From Amoebidium appalachense (Eukaryota; Protista; Ichthyosporea), in contig CAVNZM010000007.1 in the NCBI GenBank assembly GCA_963693365.1, positions 3,333,979-3,397,978 of the forward strand: 64,000 nucleotides of DNA, in the 5' to 3' direction. The first letter of the stretch is position 1, and every line of letters begins with the position of its first letter. Of this stretch, positions 1 to 12,676 are shown one piece after another. The notes beneath the pieces were generated by a model, which did not search any database, was not told the origin of the DNA, and worked only from the letters and a program-made list of their open reading frames with translations. The position numbers and the translations under genes were made by a program.

Positions 1-287
1 GGTCTCTAAATGCGATTGGACAATTTGCGCCCATCTCGGTACCAATTGTCTAGATCGCTGCGCTGTTTGCAGCGAGCGCGGCAATGCATTTTGGGCAGCT
101 ATGGCACGTTACCACCCAGTAAAACGTAACGGGGGCACTCAGTAAACGTACTGAAACAAACCAAGCACACCTCTTTTCAAAAGTACTTCGCGTAGCCACG
201 TAACGGCGTTGTTGAGTCATTTGCCCACACAATATGGGTTCCCGCAAGGTTTGTTCTGGTGGTGGAATGAGGACCTGGCAGGTCGTT

Positions 288-339
<52 letters not shown>

Positions 340-497
340 CCCCCCCCCCCCAACTCCCCCCCCTACTCCCCCCCTCCCCTCCCCCCCCCCCCCCCCCCCA
401 CCCCACCCCTCTCTTCCTGTCCCAAACGCCCAAAGACTTTCCCCGCACACGTACCTCCTAGTTTCTCGCGACAGGAACCGTGACACATACACACACA

Positions 498-565
<68 letters not shown>

Positions 566-982
566 GCACACTGTGATACACATAGGAACCCACACACGCA
601 CACACGTGTACACGTACACACATGAGCACTGACATGCACACACACAGGACGTGGATCACAAACACACACACTCTTCAACATTCGTTTTCTCATAACAGTT
701 TTGGATTGTACCTGCGCGAGGGGCATGAGCCACCGGCCCCATCTAGCAGACGGGAGCCCCGCATTCGCCTGCCAGTATCTTTTTTACACGTGTAAACCAG
801 TTTCACTTGTGTACTAAGAAGAAGCGATATTGAAACACACTGCATGCGTGCAGGCCCGCACGGCAGTTCTATGGATTTCCCGCCGACTTTACTGCATTCC
901 TTTTATAAATTAGCCGAAATATGCGTTTTCACATTCCTTTTGGTCTCCCCAGACTTAAACACAACAGTGCTGGGTGCATGCC

Positions 983-989
983 TATATAA
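983..989 (+). promoter_or_regulatory. Candidate TATA box of the lectin/adhesin gene
   Basis: TATATAA(G) about 170 bp upstream of the ATG at 1159; position and motif only. Confidence 0.4.
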
Positions 990-1158
990 GTCGCCACCGT
1001 CCACTGATGGCTCACACTGCGCCGATAAACGTTGGGGCAAGTTGTGTATACTTACCTCACGTATCTACCTATCACCTTGTAACTACGCACGTACACTCTG
1101 TCTCTCACCCTTTCCCACGAATCCAGTGTTTTTCGAGCACAAAAAAATAGTCTCGAAA

Positions 1159-2596
1159 ATGAGGCGTCGATCCTACCAGCAGCCCCTGATAGGGGCAGCG
1201 GTCTTGTGCGGGTTGGCTTCGGTTGGCTTGAACGGAGTCGGCGCTCATATTCCGGTGAGCGTCGGCGCTCAGACATTCACCGGAACATGTCGTGGTCACT
1301 ACACCATGAATCCGGTTCTAAACCGCTGCCAGTGGGCGTGTGACGACATCTGGCGTTCAAAGGGTATGTGTGATGGTCGCCTCGACTACCAGGCAACACC
1401 GACATGTGCCCAGCGCACAGCAAAGCCCGCTGACATGGCAAACTGCAACCAAAATGACCCTCGGTACTATAACGACGCTGGGACTTGCCTTGAGATGTGC
1501 CTGCCTGGGTTTACGTTCACGCCGCCCAATAAGTGTTTGTACACGTGCCCTCCCGCTTGGGAGACACGCGGGCAGTGCAATCTTGCGCGCGAGATGGACT
1601 ACCTGACGATTCCTCGGTCCCCCCAGGTACCCTCCCTGCTCCCCCCCCCCCACCTCTCTATCACTATCCTTCAATCCAATTTGTATTGGTTAAGGTTGAA
1701 ACGGCGAAGAGGGTACCAAATCTCCATGAATGATGACTGAGAACTTAGTTGCTACGCTGCCTCAGATTTCGGATAGTGTGTGTATTGTTGGCGAACCTTT
1801 CTAACTGCGAGGCACAATTCAGTATTGGACATCTTGGAGCTTTCAGAATTTATGACCGCTCGGTCTATCTCCTAAAATGAACTCTAACGAAGAGCTATTT
1901 TTCTGGCCGCGCCCTTGCTGTCAAACAGTCCCCTTCTAGATCTGTAAGCCTGAGTAACCCACAATCTGTTACTTTTTGTCTTATTTTTAGCCTATTGAGC
2001 GACACCGTTAATTTTTTCATATAATATTTGTGTATGTTCTGACACACCCTATGTACAGGTCAAACCCGCACTTCCAGCACTGTGCCAGGCAGACAGTGCT
2101 CACTATGGGTTCATTGGCAACCAGTGTTACTTCGTGTGCCCCGGCCACTACACATACAGCCCCCAGCGTCAGCGTTGCATTTGGGACTGCGACGGGCACT
2201 GGGCGGTACACCAGATGTGCGGAGGCCAGCTCGACTTGGCCGTGATTGTGGGCTCCCAGACTTTGGTTCCCTCGGGTGAGTATTTTCAGAAGTTTGCGCG
2301 ACTTCAATGTAGGGCGTGATTGTAGGCTCCCACACTAGCTTTGGTTCCCTCGGGTGAGTATTTACAGAAGATTTTTGTGTGACTTTAAACGGTTAAACAC
2401 ATGGGGTAACTGTCGGGTAGTTTAATTGGCGTGCACGTTTTACTGTAGGAACAAAGTCACATGATGTTAGTGGTCTTGTTGTAACCATCATTATTTCTTT
2501 TCGACTCAACTTTTCGTCTAGGTATTGGCCCTTTCCTATGTAATACCGTACCCCGAGTATACCATCGTGTAGCTTAGTACAACCACTACTGTGTCC

Positions 2597-2664
<68 letters not shown>

Positions 2665-5315
2665 ACACACACATACACACACACTTACGCTATTGCACAT
2701 GTATGCACATGGACAGCACAGTAGAACTTAGCAGAATGCATACAGCAACCATGGTCACACCAATGTGTAAACCACTAACTGGTCATCGCGGGCAGGTATT
2801 GATTTCAAGAACGTTGCGCTCAACAAGCCCGTTACGTCATCATCTGTCCTTGGTGGGTTTCCCAACGTCCGCGCCACGGACGGCAACACCAACGGGGTTT
2901 TGAGCTATTCCTCGTGCATGTCAACAAATTACGAGCCCCAGCCCTGGGTGCAGGTGGATTTGCAGAAACTGTATGAAGTCAAAAGGGTGAGTATTCCTGA
3001 AACAATTTCGAAATATTACAGGAATTCCAAAAAATTTAAACTCCGGGGGTTTAACCCACTCACGACAGGCCGGTCACGTAGAAGCAAAAAAAAAAGCAAT
3101 ATTTTTAAAGCGGAACGGAGGTGGAATGCTTGCTTACCTGTTCAGATTCTACAGAGCCAGAAAAGCCTAAGTGGTGCACACTCTTACATCATTGAATTCA
3201 ACGAGTGCATCAATGTGCACACAGGCATGTGCAGGCCTTAATGCTCAGAACGTAGAGCCATGTTTTGCAAGTTTTCCTAGTTTGATATGAGAAAGAAGGG
3301 AAAAAAATCATTATCATCCCAGTTGTATTCTTAAATTCACACCATTATTGGAGCTACACTCTCCATCGTTATGTACTGACCCCCGTTTGTTCATGCAGGT
3401 TCGCGTTTGGGGACGCTCCGATTTGGATTGTGAATTGCTTCATGGCTTCCAGGTATCCCCCCCCCCCCCCCCCCCCAAAAAAAAAAAAAAAAAAAAAAAA
3501 CCACCAGCAGCACTACTACCACCATCCCCCCTCGCTCTCCCCCTCCCCTTCCCACCCCTCCCCCTCCCCCCCCTCCCCCCCGTCCTCCCTCCTCCCAGCC
3601 ATTATTCTTTTCCACCCCCTCCCCCCCCCCCCCCCCCCTACCCACCCCAATTATCCTGACCGTGTGTCATGCCCGCTTTACTTCTGAAACATCTTCCATC
3701 TAAATATAACCAATGGACCCCTACAGGTCCTGGTAGACAATGTTCTATGCGGTGCCGAGCTCAACCCAGCCTCAGCCCCCGGTGGGTTTGTGGACGTCAA
3801 TTGCACATTCCCCATCATTGGCAGGAGGGTACGCATCGAATCATTCCAGTTCACGTCGCTTCAGATTTGTGAGCTTGAGGTTGATGGGACCGAAGTCATT
3901 GGAGCGCCCCTACAGCCAGGTAGGAATTGGCGGTGTGTGTGTGTGTGTGTGAGTGTGTGTGTACGTGTGTACGTGTACGTGTGCATGGGGAGACGAGTTT
4001 GATTGAGTTGTGGGCCATGGTGTGGCATTCGGACTGAGTGGGGTGACAAGTGACACACAAAAACATAGTTACAGACATGTGGCTTTGTGTCAGTGTGTGT
4101 GTGTGTGTGTATGTGTGTGTGAATGTAGGAGGGCGGGTTCATGGATACAGGTGCACTGTGACATAGAGGGGTTATGAGCTGAAATTACCATTGGGAGCAC
4201 GCACATATTGCAGCGAACGTGCACAGTCATGTATTCAGATGTAACTGGAAACGATTGACTGAATGCATACATCGACACACAGAACCGACCAAGTTGGGTT
4301 GCTACGTTGACAGCGGCGATCGCGATCTTCCTGTCTTGCAGCTGAACAGCGACCCAGCTAACACCATCGAAAAGTGTGCTGATGCCTGTGCTGGTTATCC
4401 ATATTTCGGTCTTCAGGTAAAGTATGGGAATGAGGCGTACGTTGGTACGATGCTTGTACCCTCCCCTCCTCCCCCCCCACTTCCCCTCCCACTTCCCCCC
4501 TACGTGATATATTTTTAGTTTTCGATGCAGGCCGTGATCGACGTCACATTCTGATACGGCGCTCATATTCATCATCCGTCCCTCCGCAGTATTCCTCATT
4601 CTGCTTCTGTGGAACCAGCTACGGCAAATTGGGGGTAGCACCCCCCTACGAGTGCAGCCTCAAGGCGTCAGGAAATCAAAACCAGGAAGCTGGGGGCGCA
4701 TGGAGAAACACGGTGTACCGCCAGCCTGACTCCGCTGGTAGGTGAAAGTGCCCGTTATGCGTATGGTGGTGTTTGCAATGTAATTAGCAATAGCACTAGT
4801 TGCATTGCTACTTTGTGACTGTGGTGATGATCTAGGGCCGAAAGGAAAAGAGTTAACAGTGGAAGACATGTATAGATATCTAATTGTGTAAAAGAGGGAG
4901 GAAAGAGAGGATTTGGGAGCAAAAAAATAAAGCCAGTTAAGAACTTCGACGGCATGTATAGAAGCGGGAAGCAAGTTTTCAATGGTTTGTGCATTAGTGT
5001 TTGTGGTGGTGGTTGTTTGGCTGGCAGACACAGCGCGTAATGCGACATGCTGAACACTGACTGTCCCCCCCCCCCCCCCCCCCCCGCATGTATAGAAGCG
5101 GGAAGCAAGTTTTCAATGGTTTGTGCATTAGTGTTTGTGGTGGTGGTTGTTTGGCTGGCAGACACAGCGCGTAATGCGACATGCTGAACACTGACTGTCC
5201 CCCCCCCCCCCCCCCCCCCCCCTCTCTTGCCCCCTCCCGTGGCCCCGAACAAAAAGGAAAGAAAGAAATGGGAAACACCTGGTGGGCACACACATACGCA
5301 CACGTGCACACACAT

Positions 5316-5351
<36 letters not shown>

Positions 5352-6191
5352 ACACACAAACACACACACACATGCACGCGCATTTATGAATTATGTAACC
5401 ACCTCATCATTCCCACACCCCCCACACCCCACCCCCCCTCCCATCACACACACACACACACACACACATGTGAACACACAGGCTACCAGCCGCACATCAG
5501 GCCCGGGAACGGTCTCAAATGCTCTGACGGAAACGGCGCGTTGTTTGATGCCCCGCGTGGTCTGGGAACTGTCGCAGACGTTTCCAAGTGTTATGAGGCT
5601 TGCCGTAGTCGTGCGGGATGCACCCATTTCACCTATTACTACAATTCAAAGTGGTGCAGTCTTTATTCGAAGTGTGAGGGAACGGAACCTGCCGGGGATG
5701 GCGGTCAGACTTTTGTACTTGTTGGTGAGTACATTCTATTCGAGTGTGTCCAAACGGATGCAAAAGGATGGCTGGAAAACTTGAAAGAAAAAGGAAAGAT
5801 ATGTGGTCTGTGGTCTCATTCGCACATCCGGAAAGATATGTGGTCTGTGGTCTCATTCGCACATCCAACTTGCTTGCCAAAGGAAAGATATGTGGTCTGT
5901 GGTCTCATTCGCACATCCGGAAAGATATGTGGTCTGTGGTCTCATTCGCACATCCAACTTGCTTGCCCTCTCGAAGTATTTTTACCTGCTACTGCTACGT
6001 TTACTAACTTAGTTGTGAATTACAAGGTATAAGGAAAGCCAAAATCATTCTTACCTGCTTTGGCTACCAATTCTGATGCAGTTTAAAATTTGGCACAAAA
6101 CTTCAATCCAGAAACTAAGAGTATCCTGACTAATATTTCCACCCGCATTTTTCACAGGCCCCCCGCCATCAGCAGATCCAGGTGAGCATCA

Positions 6192-6237
<46 letters not shown>

Positions 6238-8732
6238 ACACACACACACAAAAAAAAATAAAAAAAAATAATAAAAAACTAGCTTTTTTGTCTTTGCCAC
6301 CCCCATACTTGCCTAATTGTGGCACCTTAAACGGTATTCCGATTGTGTGACCAAACAAGCCCACAAATAGGTCAAAAGTCAGCAGTACGTAATCGTTCTA
6401 AAGAGCCTCCTATTTGAGGGCCTTTTCCTAGTAATATCAGCCTCAATTCTATTCCAAAGGATGCTCTCTCTCTCCCCCCCCCCCCCCCCCCCCTCCCCTC
6501 CCCCCCCCCCCCCCCCCTTCCTCCCCTTCTCCTCACTTCCAGCTCTCTCTCCCTTCCCTTTCGTGGGAGCTTGCCCAAAAACGACCCACACACACACAAG
6601 GGGTCATTTAAATTAGCCTGCAAGAAGGAAGAAATTAACTGTATGAACTCACGAAAATCTCCCTCTCCGCTCTCTTCCCCCATCTCAGGCAACGGCGCCT
6701 TTCCCGTGAACATTGCATGCAACAAGCCGAGCAACCAGTCAAGCGTGTTTGCCGGCGGTGTTCCCTCGCTAGGAAACGACTGCAAATACAACGCCATGAT
6801 GTTCAACTCCCCCAACCAGCAGGTGTGTGGAACTGTGTGCATGTGATGGATGTGCTTTGCTTTTGAGGTTCTTTCTGATTACAGCATTCGATTTGCTTTT
6901 GGGGTTCCTTCTGATTACAGCATTCGATTTGGTGCATGCATCATGCACGTGTGTGTATGTGTGTGTCCCACTGTGTGGGCGCGTGTGCGCATGCGATATT
7001 GGGTGTGGGTGCCTGTCAGTGTGAACATGTTTGTGTCAATTGATAGTTTATCAATTGGTATACTGTACTGCGTTTGTGTGGGCGTGTGTATGGGTGTTGA
7101 AGATGGTGTCTTAATTATTGTCTGGGTGTTGAAGATGGTGTCTTAATGGTGTGTCAGTATTTGTGCATTCATCGTGTCTCCATGCAGCTGTGGGCACACA
7201 GATTATACAGTGCTCCCCCCCCCCCCCCCCCCCCCCCCTATACACACACACACACACACACACCTCCTGCCCCGCTGTCTCTAACACCGCCTCTCGACTT
7301 GACCATTCTATCACGGGCAAGTTTCCCTGGTTTTCTTTTGATACAAGTCTCAGTAGCCAAATCGTGAAATGATTACACACGCCCATGAGCAGCATTCTAA
7401 CACCAGTGTTCTTTCAGAGCCCCCAGTGCGCACACACGACCGCATCCAATGACCCCTGGTATGAGATCGATCTGGGCAAATCGTACAAGATCCACTCCAT
7501 CCGCGTTCTTAACCGTGTCGACTGCTGTGCCGAGCGGCTTGATGGATTCGTGGTATGTGCACGTGTGATGTTCCCTGCCAGCGTGGAGTTTATGTCTGCT
7601 AAGTTATCATGTGCATGGGGTGTTGGACCGGGTGCTTCATAATGGTGTTGTCAACCAGCCTTGCATGTGCAAGCGTTTCTCACCTTCCGACATTGAGACT
7701 CGCTTGTATTTCTTTCTCTGCACCCACATTCTAAACAACAAGCACAGAATTAGTACCCACCTACAGCATTTTATCTCCATGGACCCTTGCAGACAGGGGT
7801 AGGCCAAATACAAGATTACGTGGACTTCGGCAGCAGCCAGCTTGAATCTTTATGCCAGACCCCCCTAGCCCACAAGAACAAAAGGAAAATATCTTAACTT
7901 TCACTGTGCAATGGGATTATTTTTCCAATATTCCTAGCGCTATATTCTTATATTCGGAAAATCTTAAATGCCGTCTATCCCTGCACACTAGAACTCATTT
8001 TCATTGGTTGCAGGTCACGGTCGACGGACAACAATGCGGCCCCGACGCCAACCAGGCCCCTCCATTCGGCAAACTGGGCATTGTCGGCTGCGCAGACGAC
8101 AACGTGATTGGTCAGAAGGTTCGGATCTCACTCCCTGGCCGCAATCGGATTCTGACACTTTGTGAGGTGGAGGTGTGGGCACTTCCAGAGCCCCAGGGCA
8201 CGATTTCCGGCCAAGTGGTCAGTCAACAGCTGGGACAGATAAGGGAGGTCCCTGACGTCACGATCAACGTTGTGAAGAAGGGTACGAATCAGGTCGTTTC
8301 GGTGGTCAAGACAGATGCACAGGTACGTGTTTTTCATCTTTTTTCTTTTTAATTATTGTCCTTTCCCTAAAGGTGTTTTGTTTTCCCCTTTTGTGACGAG
8401 TTGCAATAACTATCGGTATCGTGCATTGTCTTGGGCTTTGCAATATCATCTGCTGTACCACCAACAGGCACCATGCAAGTTATGGAAATCTAGGAATATC
8501 CATCCTGGTAATAAATCATTGAAAACCTGCGACTAATTTTGTTTAACTTACCTACAGGGCAACTACCGTGTGCAACTGCTCAAGGGTGACGTCACTGTCC
8601 GCCCTGACCTTCCCAGCAGCACCACCTTTCTGTCCCCCCAGAGCGGCTCTGTGGATCTCACCATTGTGCCCCTTAAGACCTACAATGCTACTTTTGTTAT
8701 TGCTGCCACCACCGGTACCATTTCCGGTATGA

Positions 8733-8778
<46 letters not shown>

Positions 8779-8894
8779 ACAAAAAAAAGACACACACAAA
8801 GAATGTTTGAAGCCTCTCAAGCGAGGCTGTAGAGTAAGTGAAGAAATGCAAGCGAGGCTGTAGAGAAGTGCAGAAATGCAACACTGAACGGGAT

Positions 8895-8931
<37 letters not shown>

Positions 8932-9069
8932 ACCTCACCCCTCTAACTCCCTTCTCCCCTCTCCCACCCGGCCCAAGGTTGAAAAGGGTCACACCCGACC
9001 AACTCGTGCACTGCAGAGTACGAGCAATCCTCAAGTTCCGAGTTTTTTTCGTTTTTTTTTAGTTCCGGT

Positions 9070-9101
<32 letters not shown>

Positions 9102-11167
9102 GCATAGAAACTTCCGCTTTTTCATGATTATAGGTTTGTTTTGATTCGAGCAGAGAGGGAGGGGGCGAGGTGAATAAGGTGGGGGACCAGACCTTTTTCA
9201 TGATTATAGGTTTGTTTTGATTCGAGCACCGTTTTTCAACAAAATGGACATGTGAGATGGGCTGAGACAATGCACTGACTCGCATCACTTCTCCACTACA
9301 GGTGAAATCACTCTCTTCCAAAACGACGTTGAAACACCTCTTGCCCGCATCCCGATTTCCGTTTTCGGATCCAACGGTCTCCTCTTGAACGTTACGCTTG
9401 TTTCTGGCCGTGATGGTGCATTCGAGATTAACGTCCCTGTTGGTGATTGGACCCTGGTCCCCCAAGTACCTGCACGCTATGTTGCATCGGGGAATTTCAA
9501 GCCGAGCGCTCGTGTGACAATTGGGCCTGCTGAAAAGAAGAACGTTGTGTTCCAGTTCACTGCTGGAGCGGTGGCGGGTAAGTTTTCATCGCGCCGCAAC
9601 TGCGGGTAAATGGCTTGGTTACAAACCTATTTCGATTGTGAAATTTCCTAAGATGGTATCATCGCGCCGCAACTGCGGGTGAATGGCTTGGTTATCAATG
9701 ACAGTCTCTAACCGAGTCGACAAAAAAGAATGTTTTTGCAAAAAAAAATCCGAATTGAGAGAGAAAATGGTTTATTGGAACGTAAAATATCATTTGATGC
9801 AGTCTCCAACACAATACATTCGACCGCGGAAACTGATGTGCATTGCACTACAGCCATTAATCTAACATTCGAGAGGAATGATCATGCATACAGGTTGCAA
9901 TTGTATTTTCCCATTGATTATTATGATCACACCACTAGCTGACCCGTCTTTTTTCCCCAGCCGGTAGTGTGAGTGGCACCGTGTACCGCAACCGTCTCAC
10001 CAACCCCCTGAGCGGTGCTTCCGTCTTCCTCAAGGACTCCACCGGCAGTGTTCGTGCGTTTGCAACTACCAACGACAAGGGAGAATTCTCGTTTGCGTCT
10101 GCTTCGGTTGGTCGGTCGACGGTTGGAGTTGTGCCACAGAATGGCTACATCGGTAGCTGTATTGAGGGGACCACTTGTGAGGCGGGTGGGGAGGTTGCTG
10201 TTACGACGGTGGAGGCGAGGTCGGTGGCTGGGGTGAGACTTTTGGTGGTTGACGAGGCTACTGATTCAGACGGTGAGTGAGTGATGTGACCGATGTGAAA
10301 TGTACTTGTAAAGTACCCATGTATCCCCATGTATGCTAGTGCATGTTATCTATAGTAGTTTGATGCCAATGGCTTTGTAATGATCTTGCGGCATGCAAGT
10401 ATTCAGGGTCACCGATCACTTATGCAGTCCGTCCTTAACTCAAATTTTCCCTAAGAGCGTATGCAACTCAAATTTTCCCTAAGAGCATATGCAGTGTTTT
10501 AGACCATACACAAACACACAACAACTTACTTTACGCAAGCACCCAGCCATTGCTCACCCGCCCTCATACACCACAGCCGGCCCCATCACCGGAACCGTCA
10601 CCACCCAGGTAAACGGCCGCGGGCCCCTCCCCAAAACAGAGGTCTACCTGCTAGATCCCGATTACAACAAGATCGCACAATCGACAACCGATATCTATGG
10701 CAGATACTCTTTTGGACCCCAGCCGGCCGGAAATTACATTGTGGGGGTGTTGGACTGGCCAGATAACCTCATGCCCGCAATTGTGGATGGGCGGGACAGT
10801 AATCCGGACGGCAGTGTAAATCTTGCCCTGAAGTCAAAAACCCCCGTCAAGGTCGACTTTACCTTCACCACCAACACAAATACTGGTGGGTGTTCAATGT
10901 GAGATTCTTGGTTTGTGTATGTGTGCTCATTATTGTGGGGAAAACTCCAGATGTGCACGGGAATTCTGGTGGAGTTCTATCGGAAATTCCGTATTTGAGT
11001 ATCATATTATGCTCATTACAGAAGATGCAATAAACAGATGTATACAAGGTTGGTTTACACGGTCTATATTTTATACAACATCATATGATGATGGCGAACG
11101 GAAATGGAACCTTATAATTGCATCCGTAATGCCTATGTACAACCACGTGTTGCTCATACCGAATCCA

Positions 11168-11217
<50 letters not shown>

Positions 11218-12639
11218 ATATACACATATCCAACTGACATAATTTTATATCTAACCCGTTCTTGTAAAACTTCAGGCGGACCTATCAGTGGATCTGTGTT
11301 TTTGGACCCCAACCGCAACAACAAGAGGGAGGCAAATGAAACTGGCTGGTGCGGGCGTCGTGTTTTTGTGAGGAATTCGGAAGGAAAGGTATGTATTTTT
11401 CTGTAAATTTAACAAATGGGAATGTAGACAAAGTTTTTGTTGTGAAAGGTATGTATTTTTCTGTAAATTTAACAAATGGGAATGTAGACAAAGTTTTTGT
11501 TGTGCTCAAAATATGCTTCATAGATTAAATACTGCAATGACGAGAGAAATGTGGTAACAAATAAGGTACTGGATCGATTCTTTTCAAAAATTTAGATTGC
11601 ACACACCTTCACTACCTCTGAAAGCTACATCATTCCTGCATTCAATCATTAAATCCTCTATAGAACCATAAAACTTCTTCCATCGAAAGCTTTGCAATCT
11701 AACCAATCTCTACCAACCAACCAGGTGATTGCAACAGCCACGACCGACGATGCAGGCAACTATGTATTCCCGAGGATTCCCCCTGGGAAAGTCACCGTCT
11801 CGACCCAACCCCCCAATAATCTCGTTCCCTCCGCTGCTACCGGCCGTGCACCCGATGGCAGCTTCACTCTCAACGTTGCAAGCAGCAAGCCTGTTGCCGT
11901 CCCTCTCGGCTATGCCCCTAAAGGTAAGCACCCCCTCCCCCCTCCCCCCTCTGCCTGCCCCCTCGCCCCGCCCTCCCCTCTCAACCCCTCCACATCCCCC
12001 CTTGCTCCCCCCCCCCCCCTCCTCCTCCGCCTCCTCCTCCTCTCTCTTCCCTACACACACGAACATGACGCTCCTTTTACCTTTTCCACGCCCCGTATCC
12101 CCCCCCCCCCCCCCCCCCCCCCCCGCCGCACACAGAGTGAACACCCCCCGAAGGATGCCCAAGGGGGGGTCCGATCTGGCGAAAAAAGATCTAGGTATCA
12201 TCCATATACATGAATACAAAGAACTCTTATTCAATCCGGTAACAAATGCGTCTTCACCTTCCCGTAACAATCTCTCCATATCAGTGGGGACATCTGCCAC
12301 CATCACCGGCACCGTGAAGACGGACAAGAACACCCCTATCGGTGGTGCAACCGTCAATCTGTTGGACTCTACCGGCAAAATCGTCGCCACCACCACCACT
12401 TCCGCCACCGGCACATTCACAATCACTGCGCGCACCCCGGGTGCCCATCGCATCGAAGCGGTGTTCAAGGAGCCAGCCGGAGCCACCCCCTCGCCAACCA
12501 ATCAGAATGCACTAACTGTGGTTCTTGGAATCGATGTCGATGTTACTCTTATCTACGTTCTGCCCAAGCTCAGTATGTGCCCCTCTGCCTGAACTCACTA
12601 TTTTTCCATCGTGTTTTCTTCCCCCACGTCCCCCCCCCC

Positions 12640-12676
<37 letters not shown>

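Noticed and set aside
12-58. Imperfect inverted repeat GCGATTGGACAATT...AATTGTCTAGATCGC
   Set aside because: Short, at the window edge, with no context to assign a function
50-726. ORFs rich in poly-Pro, poly-Gly, His-Thr or Cys-Val (also at ~48457-49167, 58933-59419 and in many introns)
   Set aside because: They are translations of poly(C)/(G) and (CA)/(TG) microsatellites, which lack stop codons
4417-4445. Intron start translating as VKYGNEAY, resembling the WSC YGxEC motif
   Set aside because: It lacks the CxC; the downstream exon 4590-4737 supplies the proper continuation in the correct phase
5793-5967. 37-bp repeats with CRISPR-like length
   Set aside because: Repeats are adjacent or separated by the same sequence, with no unique spacers and no cas genes; intronic minisatellite
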